Assembly (NCBI RefSeq): GCF_001194135.2
Contig: NC_068992.1
Location: 42,241,166 to 42,305,165, forward strand
DNA from: Octopus bimaculoides
Lineage: Eukaryota
DNA: 64,000 nt
Direction of reading: 5' to 3'
Shown: positions 1-11,465 of the stretch, one piece after another
How positions within the stretch are numbered: the stretch's first letter is position 1
Layout of the letters: every line of letters starts with the position of its first letter
Translations under genes and position numbers: made by a program
The notes under the pieces: generated by a model
Seen by the model: the letters and a program-made list of their open reading frames with translations, nothing else
What the model was told of the DNA's origin: nothing
Databases searched by the model: none

Positions 1-365
1 TTCTTGCCCAAGGCGTCACGCAGTGGGACTGAAACAAGAACAATGCGGTTGGTAAGCAGGTTACTTACCACACAGCCACTCCTCAATGATCTATTTTAAT
101 TTCTTTTACATGTTTAGTCCTTTTATTGCGGACATGTTGGAGCATCGCCTAAAAGGGTCTTAGTCGAGGAAATTGGCCCCAAAAATTTTGTCAGCCTACT
201 ATTTATTCTATCAGTCTCTTATGCCGAATCACTAAGTTACAGGGGCATAAACACACCAGCATCGATCATCAAACGATGGTGGGGTACAAACACAGACACA
301 CACGCATAAATACATACATTTTCGACTACCAAACTTAGTTTCCGTCTACCAAATTCACTCACATG
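1..365 (-). mobile_element. Two adjacent fragments of tRNA/CORE-like SINE family A (head 1-83; body and tail about 100-365)
   Basis: Reverse complement matches the family-A head (gagtggctgtgtggtaag...cagtcccactgcgtgac-ccttgggcaag) and tail seen in the full copies at 25081-25472 and 56891-57300. Confidence 0.8.
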
Positions 366-710
366 TATGTGTGTATGTATGTATGTATGTATGTATGTAA
401 GTATGTATGTATGTATGTATGCATGCCTGTTTGTATGCATGTTTGTATCTATGTATTTATACAAATGCGTATAAACGTGAACTCGCATGTGTATATATGT
501 ATGTAGATGTATATGTGTATTTATACACACAAACAAACACACACATACTGACACCCGTACAAATACTCTTACACAGAAAAGAACCAGCTTTGTTTGTGGT
601 CACCTATCACTGCCTGCTACGCTTATGTGAGGAGCTAGGAGCCGTGACGAACACCAGGAAAGTCATGCAATTCACCAGATTCTCTAAAGGGTCGTGTGGT
701 GGTGCTAAAC

Positions 711-1000
711 GTGGCACTGGCACCGACACTCCGTCGGTTACAACAACGAGGGTTTCATTGATCCGATCAACGAAACAGCCTGCTCGGAAAATTTACGTGC
801 GACCGGCTGAGTACTCCCCAGACACGTGTACTCTTAACATTGTTCTCAGTGTGATTCAACATGACACTGAGTGTGACAAGGCTGGCTCCTTGAAATACAG
901 GTATACTCATTGTTGCAACGTGAAATAAACTTTTTGCCCAAGGACACAATACGTCGCTGTAAATCAAACTGATGACCTTGCGATCGTGAGCTACGAGCCT
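711..1000 (-). mobile_element. tRNA-derived SINE with CORE-like body and family-C 3' module
   Basis: Reverse complement contains gtccttgggcaaaaagtttatttcacgttgc, followed by the 3' module ...gatcggatcaa...gtaaccgacggagtg shared with 27298-27655 and 37885-38239. Confidence 0.75.
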
Positions 1001-1268
1001 TCACAGTGTCAAACCAGAGGAGAAATGAAGTCTACAATTTAAGAACGAGATCAATTTGTCGGATTTCGCATTTTTTCTATCAATAAATCCCACTTACAAG
1101 TATTTCTGCCGAGGATATAATTCAAATTGAATGCCCAGAACCTCTTGTAGTGCGATGAAATTCAGACTAAGAGTTTGCAAAGTAACCTTTTGGTCAGTGC
1201 TGTCATGCGTTAACGTTGTCTTTCTTCGGTCTGTCTTAACATCCCAAAAGAATCAAAGTGCATTCATC

Positions 1269-2040
1269 GGGGCTAATGCAGTTTCGCAGCTCTCCTTGCG
1301 AATTGCACTTTTTGAAAAAAAATTCGGATTCCTTCGTTTCAGGTGTTGGAGATTACGAATATGCAAAAGATTTTTTTTTAATTTCACCCCTCCTCCCACC
1401 ACCTTCCCAATTAAAATTTTTGATTTTGCTTACTTCAAAGAGATCGTAGCAAATTGACGAGCATATGCAAATCAAAATTGAATACGGACAAAAACGTTAA
1501 AATGAAATGAATTTGCGTTTAACATGTTTGCCTTAAATAATCGTAAATAGTAATTTAATGTAAATTAAATATACACCATTTTATCAGAAACAAACATTAA
1601 TATTTAATAATTGATGTTATAAAGTTTAATAAGGGACTCAAATTTCACCCCCTCCCCCAATTTTAAATTTTGAACTTTTGCATCCATTCATTTGTCTGTA
1701 TATCTATTTATCCCTGTCCGTTTATTCATAAAATATATTTGTCAACTAAATGTGGCGGTCCTATAGAAGAAGACAGTGTTACTGTTGTTTTTAACCACAG
1801 GACAACATCTGTCTATCTTCTTATACACATATCTATATGCTTATTGAATTTAAAATTTTGAAAACGTGGTTTCTTGCATTTCGGAATCTCCGTCATCTAA
1901 AACAGGGTAACAAATTTTGAAAAATGTATAAACTTTTAATTGCATATTCGTAATCTCCGACACCTAAAGCGTAAGAATTCGAAAAATGTTTTTTAAAAAC
2001 ATGCATTTTTCAAGGAGACGTGCGAAACTGCATTAGCCCC
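1269..2040. mobile_element. Non-autonomous DNA transposon (MITE) with about 100-bp imperfect TIRs starting GGGGCTAATGCAG and an 8-bp TSD
   Basis: TSD CATTCATC at 1261-1268 and 2041-2048. Left end ggggctaatgcagtttcgca...ggagattacgaatatgcaa is the reverse complement of 1940-2040. Confidence 0.9.
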
Positions 2041-2099
2041 CATTCATCTTTGCCGGGTTAAGTGCACAAGAATAAGTGTTATTTAAATGAATATAGCCT

Positions 2100-2251
2100 C
2101 AAGCATAGCAATGTTTCAAGAAGTTTGCTTCCTAGCTACATAGTTCCGGGTTCTGTCCCACTGCGTGGCACTTTTGACAGCTGGCTTCTAGTATAGCCTC
2201 GGGCTAGCCAAAGCAAGGCGGGTCAATTTTGTATAAGAATAAAGAGGCCCT

Positions 2252-2288
<37 letters not shown>

Positions 2289-2305
2289 CGTGCGTGTGTG
2301 TGTGC

Positions 2306-2337
<32 letters not shown>

Positions 2338-2835
2338 CTGTGTGCATGTATGTATACACATTCAGCAATATAATTACACTTGTGCTATAAGTGGTTTCTT
2401 TTCGTCCTTTGCCCATTGGCCTTATCTCCTTTACGACCAAGAGCTATGCTCGAAACGGAAAATTCTCTCTTTTCACCGAGCGTCAAGTTAATACACTTTT
2501 TATGCAAGTCTTCTTGTTATCCGTTAATTTTACTTGTTTATTTGAATTGACCGTATATACATACATACATACATACACACACACATATATATAAATATGT
2601 GTGTGTGTGTGTGTGTGTGTGTTTGTGTGTGTGTATGTGTGTGTGCGTGTGTATTTCTATGTGCGTTTTTTGTGCATATATTTGTTACCGCTTGACAGCA
2701 GTTCAGCGGAAGGGAACGATAGAACAAGTACTGGGATTTAAAAGTTCCCTGGGTCAATTGGCTTGAGCAAAACCGTTCAAGGTGGGGCCCTCGCAGGGTT
2801 GCAATCAAAGAACTGAAACAAGTAAAGATCAAAGA
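2100..2835 (+). mobile_element. Degenerate SINE family A pieces (head about 2100-2215, tail about 2680-2835) around (GT)n arrays
   Basis: gggttctgtcccactgcgtggcac head and gatagaacaagtactggg...gaactgaaacaagtaaag tail match family A. Confidence 0.6.
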
Positions 2836-2852
2836 TACAACATAGCAACGCA

Positions 2853-3238
2853 AAACTAACAAAAGCACTCCAAGAGCGCAAACCTCCGCCAAGGCAACAC
2901 TAACGTGTTCTCAACGATTGGCTAGAGATGATTTTTAAAATGAGAATATCTGAAATAAATTCGACTGTTTTCACGAACGGGATTACTAAAAATGAACCCG
3001 ACCGCTCTCAAGAATTAAGCAAAAAAAAAACCCAGTAAAAATAACCCAGAATCCTTGTCCGGTATCAGATCAATCCCCGAATCTAATCAGTTCGTGCCAG
3101 TCACGAGGCCAAACATGCATGCAAGATTCATCCAAATCCAACCAGCGGTTCTTGAGATATCTTGACCACGAACTAGCAAAAAAAAAACAAACAGAACTGG
3201 AAAAAATACCTCCACCTTAGCGAAGGCGGAGGTAATAA
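2853..3238 (-). mobile_element. Helentron/DINE-1-type non-autonomous rolling-circle element (HINE)
   Basis: Minus strand begins TTATTACCTCCGCC with a nearby inverted copy GGTGGAGGTA (hairpin 3206-3236). A second subTIR GGCGGAGGT lies at 2882-2890, followed by the palindrome GCGCTC-ttg-GAGTGC (2865-2879) and a T-rich end. Both termini abut TT. Confidence 0.75.
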
Positions 3239-3794
3239 GCGATTGAGTTCCTAAAGCAGAAGTTAATAAAATAGAAGATTTATAAATGAATATTATGCTA
3301 ATCTCAACTGGACTCTCAACCGTTGTTTGGTTACTATATTAAGTGGACACCAAACGCATGGAGTCCTATTGGTTTATTGCATCAAAGGTTATATATCTCC
3401 TTGAAATAAAGAGCTATTTACTTAAATACCCACCCATTTCTTCTGTAAGAGAGATATTTTTACTCAGTGTAATTTAGAAGTATCTTTAATCATTTTGATT
3501 GGTGATTTAAACCATTCTTACGAGCTTGGATTAGGCAAGAAGTTAAAGCGCTATCGAGATTTATTAAGTGGAACGAGAAAAATATTAAATAAAAAGGAAA
3601 GAAAGACAAAAGAATAAAAAAGAAATATAAATTCTGAAATTATAACAACGTATTTAAGTTACCATAATCTTATACATGTTGTTGCTGTCGTCGTCGTCAT
3701 TCCAGTTGTGTTTGTTTTTTTGCTAGTCCGTGGTCAAGATATCTCAAGATATCGTCGTCTTCCCCTCTAACATCATCAACATCACGATTATTAA

Positions 3795-4210
3795 GGCGGC
3801 GATCTGACAGAATCGTTAGCGCGCCGGGCGAAATGCTTAGCGGTATTTCGCCCGTCACTACGTTCTGAGTTCAAATTCCGCCGAGGTCGACTTTGCCTTT
3901 CATCCTTTCGGGGTCGATTAAATAAGTACCAGTTACGCACTGTGGTCGATATAATCGACTTAATCCGTTTGTCTGTCCGTATTTGTCCCCTCTGTGTGTA
4001 GACCCTTGTGGGTAGTTAAGAAATAGGTATTTCGTCTGCCGCTACATTCTGAGTTCAATTCCGCCGAGGTCGACTTGTTTTTCATCCATTCAGGGTCGAT
4101 AAATTAAGTAGCAATGAAACACCGTGGTCGACTTGTTTTTCATCCATTCAGGGTCGATAAATTAAGTAGCAATGAAACACCGTGGTCGATGTAATTGACT
4201 AGTCTCCTGC
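3795..4210 (+). mobile_element. SINE family B (tRNA head plus Meta-like domain), dimeric form
   Basis: A-box-like tgacagaatcgttag and B-box gagttcaaattcc, then gcctttcatcctttcggggtcga, a linker and a second partial monomer. Same layout as 14160-14554. Confidence 0.85.
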
Positions 4211-4234
4211 CCTCAATAGAAAGGATTATTATTA

Positions 4235-4690
4235 TTGTCACATGTAGGATGTATCGGTCTATCGGACGAGTCGACAGTGATGATTGCCCGGTTGACCTGC
4301 CTTAATATGGCAAGCAAGGCAGTTTTCCTTTGCCTGGTGGCTGTACCGAAAGAGATTGTCTGAGGGACGCAGCTGAAAGGCATGAAGACAGATTCATTCC
4401 TCTTTGGTATAGGTCTCATTGACTTCTTCAAGTTTCACTTGAAAAGGAAATTGGCAGTGGAGGGGGAAGTGCTGTCCCCGAGTGAGTTTATTGAAAGGTG
4501 AGTGAAAGTTGTGAAAATGGCAGGGGTGGATGGTATCATTCTATGTGTAGACCTGTGAGTCGGAGAAAGGGAACTGGAGAGGTCACTTGCTCTTGATGTT
4601 CTAGGAGATCTGGGTCAGAGGGTTTCCTCGATTATCCTTAGAGGTCATCATGTATGAGGAGGACTACATCCCTCTCACCCCGCTTTTTAA
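4235..4690 (+). pseudogene. L1/Tx1-clade LINE ORF2 C-terminus and 3' UTR, decayed
   Basis: Frame reads LSHVGCIGLSDEST...KAVFLCLVAVPKEIV*GTQLKG...LIDFFKFHLKRKLAVEGEVLSPSEFIER*VKVVK...VDL*, with two probable TGG>TGA stops. Its start (LSHVG) aligns with the end of the 21280-21569 fragment (LSRVG). Confidence 0.7.
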
Positions 4691-4879
4691 AACCAATTTC
4701 ATACTATGCATAATTCGCCTTCCTTTACAATGTATATGTATACCATGTATACTTACTCCATTTTTTTTTTATTAATTTTTTAAAATTTTATCATTTCATT
4801 ATATGTAAACCACCGCACTTTGTTTTGTATTGTCCCCCCTCATCCTGCGCCCTGGTGGCAAATAAATGAAATTACTCTT

Positions 4880-4894
4880 AATATCATCATCATT

Positions 4895-4974
<80 letters not shown>

Positions 4975-4995
4975 CGTCGTCGTCGTCGTTGTGGT
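4880..4995. repeat. Compound (CAT)n(TAT)n(CGT)n microsatellite
   Basis: Visible trinucleotide arrays; these generate the poly-N/D/I ORFs in the track. Confidence 0.95.
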
Positions 4996-5650
4996 TGTTG
5001 TTTCTTATTGTTGCTGCTCTTAAGAGCAGGAAGCCTGTAGGATTTGGGTGATACAAAAATTGATGGAAAAAAACAAAGAGAGGCATCAGGAGGTTGAGGA
5101 AACGTGTTAAGGACTTAAATTCAAGGACGATTTCATCCTCCTTAATTCGGTTAAATTACATAGCTAACATTTGAGACAGTTCAAACGGTAATTTTCTTCA
5201 ACAGAAAACCCATCATAAGCCCGGCAGCAGTGCTCTTTCTTAAAAACCTACCGTAATTTTCTATTTCGTTGCTCTGGTACACAGCAATCAATTTTGGATT
5301 GGATTTTAAAAATATCGCTTAACACTTCTCCAATCATGGTCCCAAAATCTTGATCAAAACTCTTGAAGATTTACACAGTTATTATTGGCAAATTAAGAGC
5401 ATTTTTCTTTTTTCTTCTTTTCTTTTTCTTTTAGCGAATTAAATTCTTTTGTACAGTATTGGAGTTACATTAAGTTGCAATTTGTTGGAGGAGAGTGACA
5501 TACAGATAATATTGTTCCCGGTTTTATTTCAAACATTAATAGTTGCAAGGAATGGCGTGCGATATGAAGAAGCATCAACATAAAATAAATTCAAGTATTT
5601 ATTGACTCAACAACAATATTGCAGCAAATGTGTGATGGAATATAAAAGTA

Positions 5651-6022
5651 CAGGGTGATTCAAAAGTCTCCATACATAGGAAAAATTTATTTTTTTATAA
5701 GATACAGTTTATAAGATCCCCTAGAACCCCTGATCTGACCCCTCTTGATTTCTATTTTTGAGGGCATTTGAAAAGCATCGTGTATAGCGGAAAGATAAAA
5801 GACATAAATTAATTGAAGGAATGCATCATCAACTCATTTGCACACGTATCACCAGATGTGCTATCACGAGTTTACAATGAGTGGGATAAACGTATTGCAA
5901 TGTGTATTCAAAACGATAGTAACTGTATACAGCCTGTTAAATAAAAAAAAAACTGTTCTTATAAACTGTTTGTTATAAAAAAATAAACTGTACCTATGTA
6001 TGGCGACATTTTAATCACTCTG
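5651..6022 (+). mobile_element. Internally deleted Tc1/mariner element
   Basis: TA TSD at 5649-5650 and 6023-6024. TIR cagggtgattcaaaagtctccatacatagg versus cctatgtatggcgacattttaatcactctg. Interior translates to PRTPDLTPLDFYF*GHLKSIVY..., the SPDLTPLDF motif near the transposase C-terminus. Confidence 0.85.
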
Positions 6023-6156
6023 TACATTGCAATCGTGGTTCTAATCATTATCGTTATATGAGGTTCTCAAAGACTATAGGTGCAGGAATGGCGACATAGT
6101 TAAGAACTGGTGCAGCCATGGTAATTTAGTTAAGAAATTCGATTCACAATCACGTA

Positions 6157-6351
6157 CGATAGGGTACTGAAATATTCCTGACTTTGGGTAAAAGAAAATA
6201 GAGGAGGATCAATTAAATATGATTTTATTCAGTATATTCCCCTCTCAGATGCACACTCTTATTGCAGCAGTCCTTCAAAACCTTGTAAAAGAACTCGAAG
6301 GGTTGTGCTTCCAACCAGGCCATTCGCAGTACCCTTTTCTGGACCCCCTCG
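6157..6351. mobile_element. Short mariner-derived MITE
   Basis: TA flanks at 6155-6156 and 6352-6353. Ends cgatagggtactgaaa versus ttttctggaccccctcg. Minus strand retains a transposase C-terminal remnant (FY...CCNKSVHLRGEYTE*). Confidence 0.65.
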
Positions 6352-6544
6352 TAATTCAGTCCCATTACGTGTGTTCTTTGGCAAATATGTATTACTGCCT
6401 ACATTGGCTGAATGATGCCTCAAGAATGTATCTGGTAGATAGGAACTGAGTGCAAGCCCGTTGTATTTGCAGACAGATTCACATATATAAGTGCGTGTGT
6501 GTGTATGTATGCATGTATGCATGTATGTATGTATGCTTTATCTC

Positions 6545-6725
6545 TTAGTCCTTTGGGGCACCACCTTGAATTGTTTCAGTCGACTAAATCGACTCTATGA
6601 CTTATTTTTTAAAAGTAAAATACTTATTTTATCGGTCAATTTTGCTGAACCGCTAATTTACGGAGATGTACAAACAACAACACGGATTGTCAAGGTGTTG
6701 GTGGTGTCGGCGGCGGCGGTGGTAG
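6545..6725 (-). mobile_element. SINE family A tail fragment
   Basis: Reverse complement matches the family-A tail (gcttgacaa...cggttcagcaaaa...gataaaataagt...gtcgatttagtcgact). Confidence 0.65.
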
Positions 6726-6757
6726 ACAAACGCAGTCATAAGGACACACATACATTT

Positions 6758-7140
6758 AGAGTGGCTATATGGTAAGTAGCTTGCTTACCAACCACATGGT
6801 TCTGAGTTCAGTCCCACATCGTGGCACCATGGGCAAGTGTCTTCTACTATAGTCTCAGACCGACCAACGTCTTGTGAGTAGATTTGGTAGACGGAAACTG
6901 AAAGAAGCTCGTCGTATATCTGTGAATATATATATACATATATATATATATGTATATGTTTGTGTGTCTGTGTTTGTACTGCAACACCGTCGCTTGACAA
7001 CCGATGCTGGTGTGTCTACGTCCCCGTAACTTAGAGGTTCGGCAAAGAGACCAATAGAATAAGTTCTGGGGTCGATTTGTTCGACTAAAGCGGTGTTCCA
7101 TCATGCCCGCAGTTGAATGGCTAAAACAAATAAAAGTAAA
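6758..7140 (+). mobile_element. Full-length SINE family A (tRNA head, CORE-like domain, internal TA/TG microsatellite, LINE-like tail)
   Basis: A-box gtggctatatgg, B-box gagttcagtccc, CORE-like caccatgggcaagtgtcttctactatag, tail ...catcatgcccgcagttgaatggctaaaac. Confidence 0.85.
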
Positions 7141-7313
7141 AAAGGTGGAGGAAATTGAAAACGCATATCCCAGGCTGTCAAACAGATTCCCGAACGCATA
7201 AATCTGTTTGACTGCCTAGGATTTGCGTTTTCAATTTTCTCTACTCTGTATTTTTTCGCATTGGCTCTCTTTGAGCACTCCGTAGATAGCCCATACTTTC
7301 TATAACAAACTTG

Positions 7314-7350
<37 letters not shown>

Positions 7351-7803
7351 NNNNNNNNNNNNNNNNNNNNNNNNNNNNNNNNNNNNNNNNNNNNNNNNNN
7401 NNNNNNNNNNNNNNNNNNNNNNNNNNNNNNNNNNNNNNNNNNNNNNNNNNNNNNNNNNNNNNNNNNNNNNNNNNNNNNNNNNNNNNNNNNNNNNNNNNNN
7501 NNNNNNNNNNNNNNNNNNNNNNNNNNNNNNNNNNNNNNNNNNNNNNNNNNNNNNNNNNNNNNNNNNNNNNNNNNNNNNNNNNNNNNNNNNNNNNNNNNNN
7601 NNNNNNNNNNNNNNNNNNNNNNNNNNNNNNNNNNNNNNNNNNNNNNNNNNNNNNNNNNNNNNNNNNNNNNNNNNNNNNNNNNNNNNNNNNNNNNNNNNNN
7701 NNNNNNNNNNNNNNNNNNNNNNNNNNNNNNNNNNNNNNNNNNNNNNNNNNNNNNNNNNNNNNNNNNNNNNNNNNNNNNNNNNNNNNNNNATATATATATA
7801 TAT

Positions 7804-8200
7804 AGACAGGCTTCTTTCAGTTGCGGCCTGAGACATTTGCCCAAGGTGCCATGCCTTGGGACTAAACCCGGACCATGTGGTTAGGAAGCCTGCTACTTAC
7901 CACACAGCCACCGCTGTGCCTTTATACGTATGTGTGTATGTATGTACGTATGTGTGCGTGTCCGTGTATGTGCTGTTGAGTGTATAACTTTGTGTTTGTC
8001 CAACCACAGTTCGTCAACAACTGAACCAGTGTACCTTTTCTTATGTCCCTGTAACTCAGTCGTGCGATAAACGACAACGATGGAACAAGCACCAGGCTAG
8101 ACATAAGAACTGGAGTCGAATTCTTCGACTAGAATGTGAGTGAAAGTACCCTAGCATAACTGCTGTCCAATGATTTGAAGAAATAGAACAATAAAAGATT
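7804..8200. mobile_element. SINE family A head (-, 7804-7915) and old tail (+, about 7990-8200)
   Basis: Both pieces are similar to the full family-A copies. Confidence 0.6.
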
Positions 8201-9194
8201 CGGAATAAATAAAAATTGTTTAAACGCTCAGTCAGAGAATAGAAGCTACACATCAATTTGGAAACGTCTAGTTGTGAATAATATTAGACACCGATATTGA
8301 TACGTCTATCTATGTCCAATGCTAGAACATCAATACAGGTACCTGTATGTGGATAGTATTTTAAACATTTTCCTCTTCGAATGAATCTTTTCGCTAAACA
8401 AGTCTCAAGTACTGGGATGAATTATGTATTTTGAACATCAACCAATGTTTATATGATACATAGCAATAAGGCTGGTCATTCAAAATGCTACAAACATACT
8501 ACGTTATACCGGAGAAAATAAACTACAAAAGATCTTAAAGCTGTCAGGCTCAATATATTATATTCTTCAGAGATATTATCAAATTATTTGCTGCAAAAAA
8601 CAGCGCCTACAATGATCCGTTAATCAAGACGAATGATAACAGACAAGTATATGCACGACATATATATTCTTATTTTCCTTTTTCTCTCAGATATATCAGA
8701 TAAAAGTTATTGACATTCGATTAGCGATCACACCGGACGAATTTTCTAATACATTTCTAAAGTACATGGAGCTATTATGAAGAAAATCTCACCAACTTTC
8801 GTTGCAAAGAACGATGTGTTAAAAAGGAAAAAAGGAAAGAAATGGAGAGAATTCTTAAGATGCGTCTTCAAAGAAAGGACGTTATTAATTATTTTCCTTA
8901 GAATTCAATAGAAAAAAAAATCAAAACTGTCTCCAGTTTGGACTGCTTCCTCTAATGTTATTATGGAATTATGGCCAAAATGTATCACGAGGGATTGATC
9001 AGTTGCATAATAAGTATATGTGTGAAGGTTTAAGAATAAATGCATATGATATCATGTGGCAAGTACACAATAAAATATGTGATATATCTACATATGTGTG
9101 TGTGTATGTGTGTGTGTGTGCGTGTGTGTGCGCGCGCGTGTGCATGTGTGTGTATGTACCTATTTATGCATAAGTATGTGAATGTGTTTGGATG

Positions 9195-9249
<55 letters not shown>

Positions 9250-10124
9250 GCACGTTATATATGCGAGCAGTTATGTCTGTGCGTGTATGTATATGTGTTT
9301 GTGCGTATGTGGTGTGTGTTTGCGTGCTCGCCTGTGTGCTAATATACAAAACATGGTCATGTTATAAAAGCATCGAAAGAAAACATTGAAATATCTCTTG
9401 ACAAAGCAGAAATACTTGGCCAGTAAATGGTTAATAATAACGACGATGTTAGCCGACATTAGAATAAGGAAAGGTGACGCTTGAAGATACTCAATTTGTT
9501 TTGAATATCTGCATCAGACAAACATTGTTAAAAGCAATATCTCATATCGGATGCCGTAGACTACGAATGACATGCATATATTCTCTTCCTTCTCTGGTTA
9601 TATTTTTACATGCAGTTAGTACTATCTAATGTAGTATTAATGATTATGAAAATTTTCAATCACAAATAATTCCCTTCCATCTTCACAAGGTCCCAGATTT
9701 GTAGCAGAATTTTGCATTGGACGATCAAGCCCCCTCTACTTCTTTTATCCACTTCAAAATAGCAATAAACGGCAAAGTTTACCAAATAGAATTTTCATTT
9801 AGATACGATGGATGAAACTAAGGAATATAAGACGTTTGTCTCATGTTTGGATATTTTGGGTTGCATATGTGTCTGTGCGCTTAAAGTGCCTTGTCTTGCC
9901 TTGGCCTTTAATGACTGATGATGTCGTGTTTAGATGAGTGAATTTATAGACTACGGTGAGTGTTTGACATCTAATAAATACTCTGCGTCTCTCCTCGTGT
10001 CGAATGAACTATACTTAATTCCTCTATCGAGGGAGATAATATTTAAGAACAATCGAACCTAGAAGCATTTTAATTTTTGGCGATAATCAACGTGAAATGG
10101 TATATTGCAAGGCAGGGACAAATA

Positions 10125-10671
10125 CGAGGGTAATGCCATTTTGTTTAAGACAAGTATAATTACCAACACAGGAACATGTATCATACATCAAAATGAAGCT
10201 GGTCCTCTGTGGATCACATCCATACTTCTCAACATAGTTTTTCTCAATAGCAATGTTCCACCTTCCAATGAGAACATGTAACCCTGCCCCGTAAAATTCT
10301 GTTGGCTGTTCTTTGAGGCACTTCTTCACTACAATTTTTACTTCCTCATCACTGGAATGTTTGCCTCTCGAACCCTCTTTCATAGGGCCGAAAAGATGAT
10401 AGTCTGAAGGCGCTAAATTATTCCAGTGATGAGGAAATGAAAACTGTAGTGAAGAAGTGGCTCAAAGAACAGTCAACAGAATTTTACGGGGCAGGGACAC
10501 ATGTTCTCATCCGAAGGTGGAACATTGCTATTGACAGAAACGGTGACTATGTCGACGAGTAGGGATGTGATCCCCAGAGGACCAGCTCCATGTTGATGTA
10601 TGATACATGTTCCTGTGTTGGTAATTATACCTGTCCTAAACAAAATGGCATTACTTTTTGACTCAGCCTCG
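10125..10671. mobile_element. Fold-back element built from two inverted mariner (DD34D) transposase 3' ends
   Basis: Minus arm encodes LAPSDYHLFGPMKEG...EFYGAGLHVLIGRWNIAIEK. Plus arm from 10420 encodes SSDEEMKTVVKKWLKEQSTEFYGAGTHVLIRRWNIAIDRNGDYV. Arms 10131-10358 and 10420-10655 are mutual reverse complements. TIR-like ends, with TA at 10123-10124. Confidence 0.9.
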
Positions 10672-10826
10672 CAACTGGCATGTACCGCCAGGTTTCCAAA
10701 TAATTTGGCCGCGGGCTGCGATATGGTTTAAAGACACGAGTCTGTAGCGTGCTGTACATATTACATACAATATTCACAACCTGCGAAACAAATTTTAAAA
10801 AATGCGATAACATCTTCCACGATATA

Positions 10827-10884
<58 letters not shown>

Positions 10885-11013
10885 AGTGTACGTGTGTGTG
10901 CATGTTTATGAATGTGTATATATATATATATATATGAATATGTGTGTATGTGTGTGATTACCTGTGTGTTTGTGTGAGTGTATGTGAGTGTACGTGTGTG
11001 TGCATGTTTATGA

Positions 11014-11102
<89 letters not shown>

Positions 11103-11319
11103 TATGTGTGTATGTGTGTGATTACGTGTGAGTGTGTGTGAGTGTGTGCATGTTTATGAGTGTGTGTATATATGAATGTGTGTGTGTTGCGCGCTAGTCA
11201 TTAGCGACGGAACCAGAATAAGACCCGAATCAAAAGCAACGGGTCAAAGCAATGGATCCGGGTTTCCCGGATTCCATGGAATTAGAATGAGTAGAAGAGA
11301 TGTTGGCCAGTCACAGGAG

Positions 11320-11465
11320 TAATCCTTTCTGCCAGGCGAGTGGACTGGTGTAGCGTCAATGAAATGCTTTTACTCCACAACATGAACTATCACCTGATCC
11401 AGGAATTGAAAGCACAATTTTGACATCATGAGAGCAATTCCCTAACCACTAGGACACGTACCTCC
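11320..11465 (-). mobile_element. Old tRNA-derived SINE head
   Basis: Reverse complement gtcctagtggttaggg...tttcaattcctgg contains A/B-box-like motifs. Confidence 0.5.

Noticed and set aside
8525-8575. Minus-strand CUGAAGA with P2-like flanks; similar relic at 54541-54575
   Set aside because: The GAAA or stem elements are deleted, so these are too degenerate to call ribozymes.
8691-8780. Strong acceptor followed by the frame IYQIKVIDIRLAITPDEFSNTFLK; other splice-like pairs at 12417-12445, 47495-47530 and 51380-51430 (minus)
   Set aside because: Donors or acceptors are weak and the peptides unrecognisable. The frequency is compatible with chance in AT-rich DNA.
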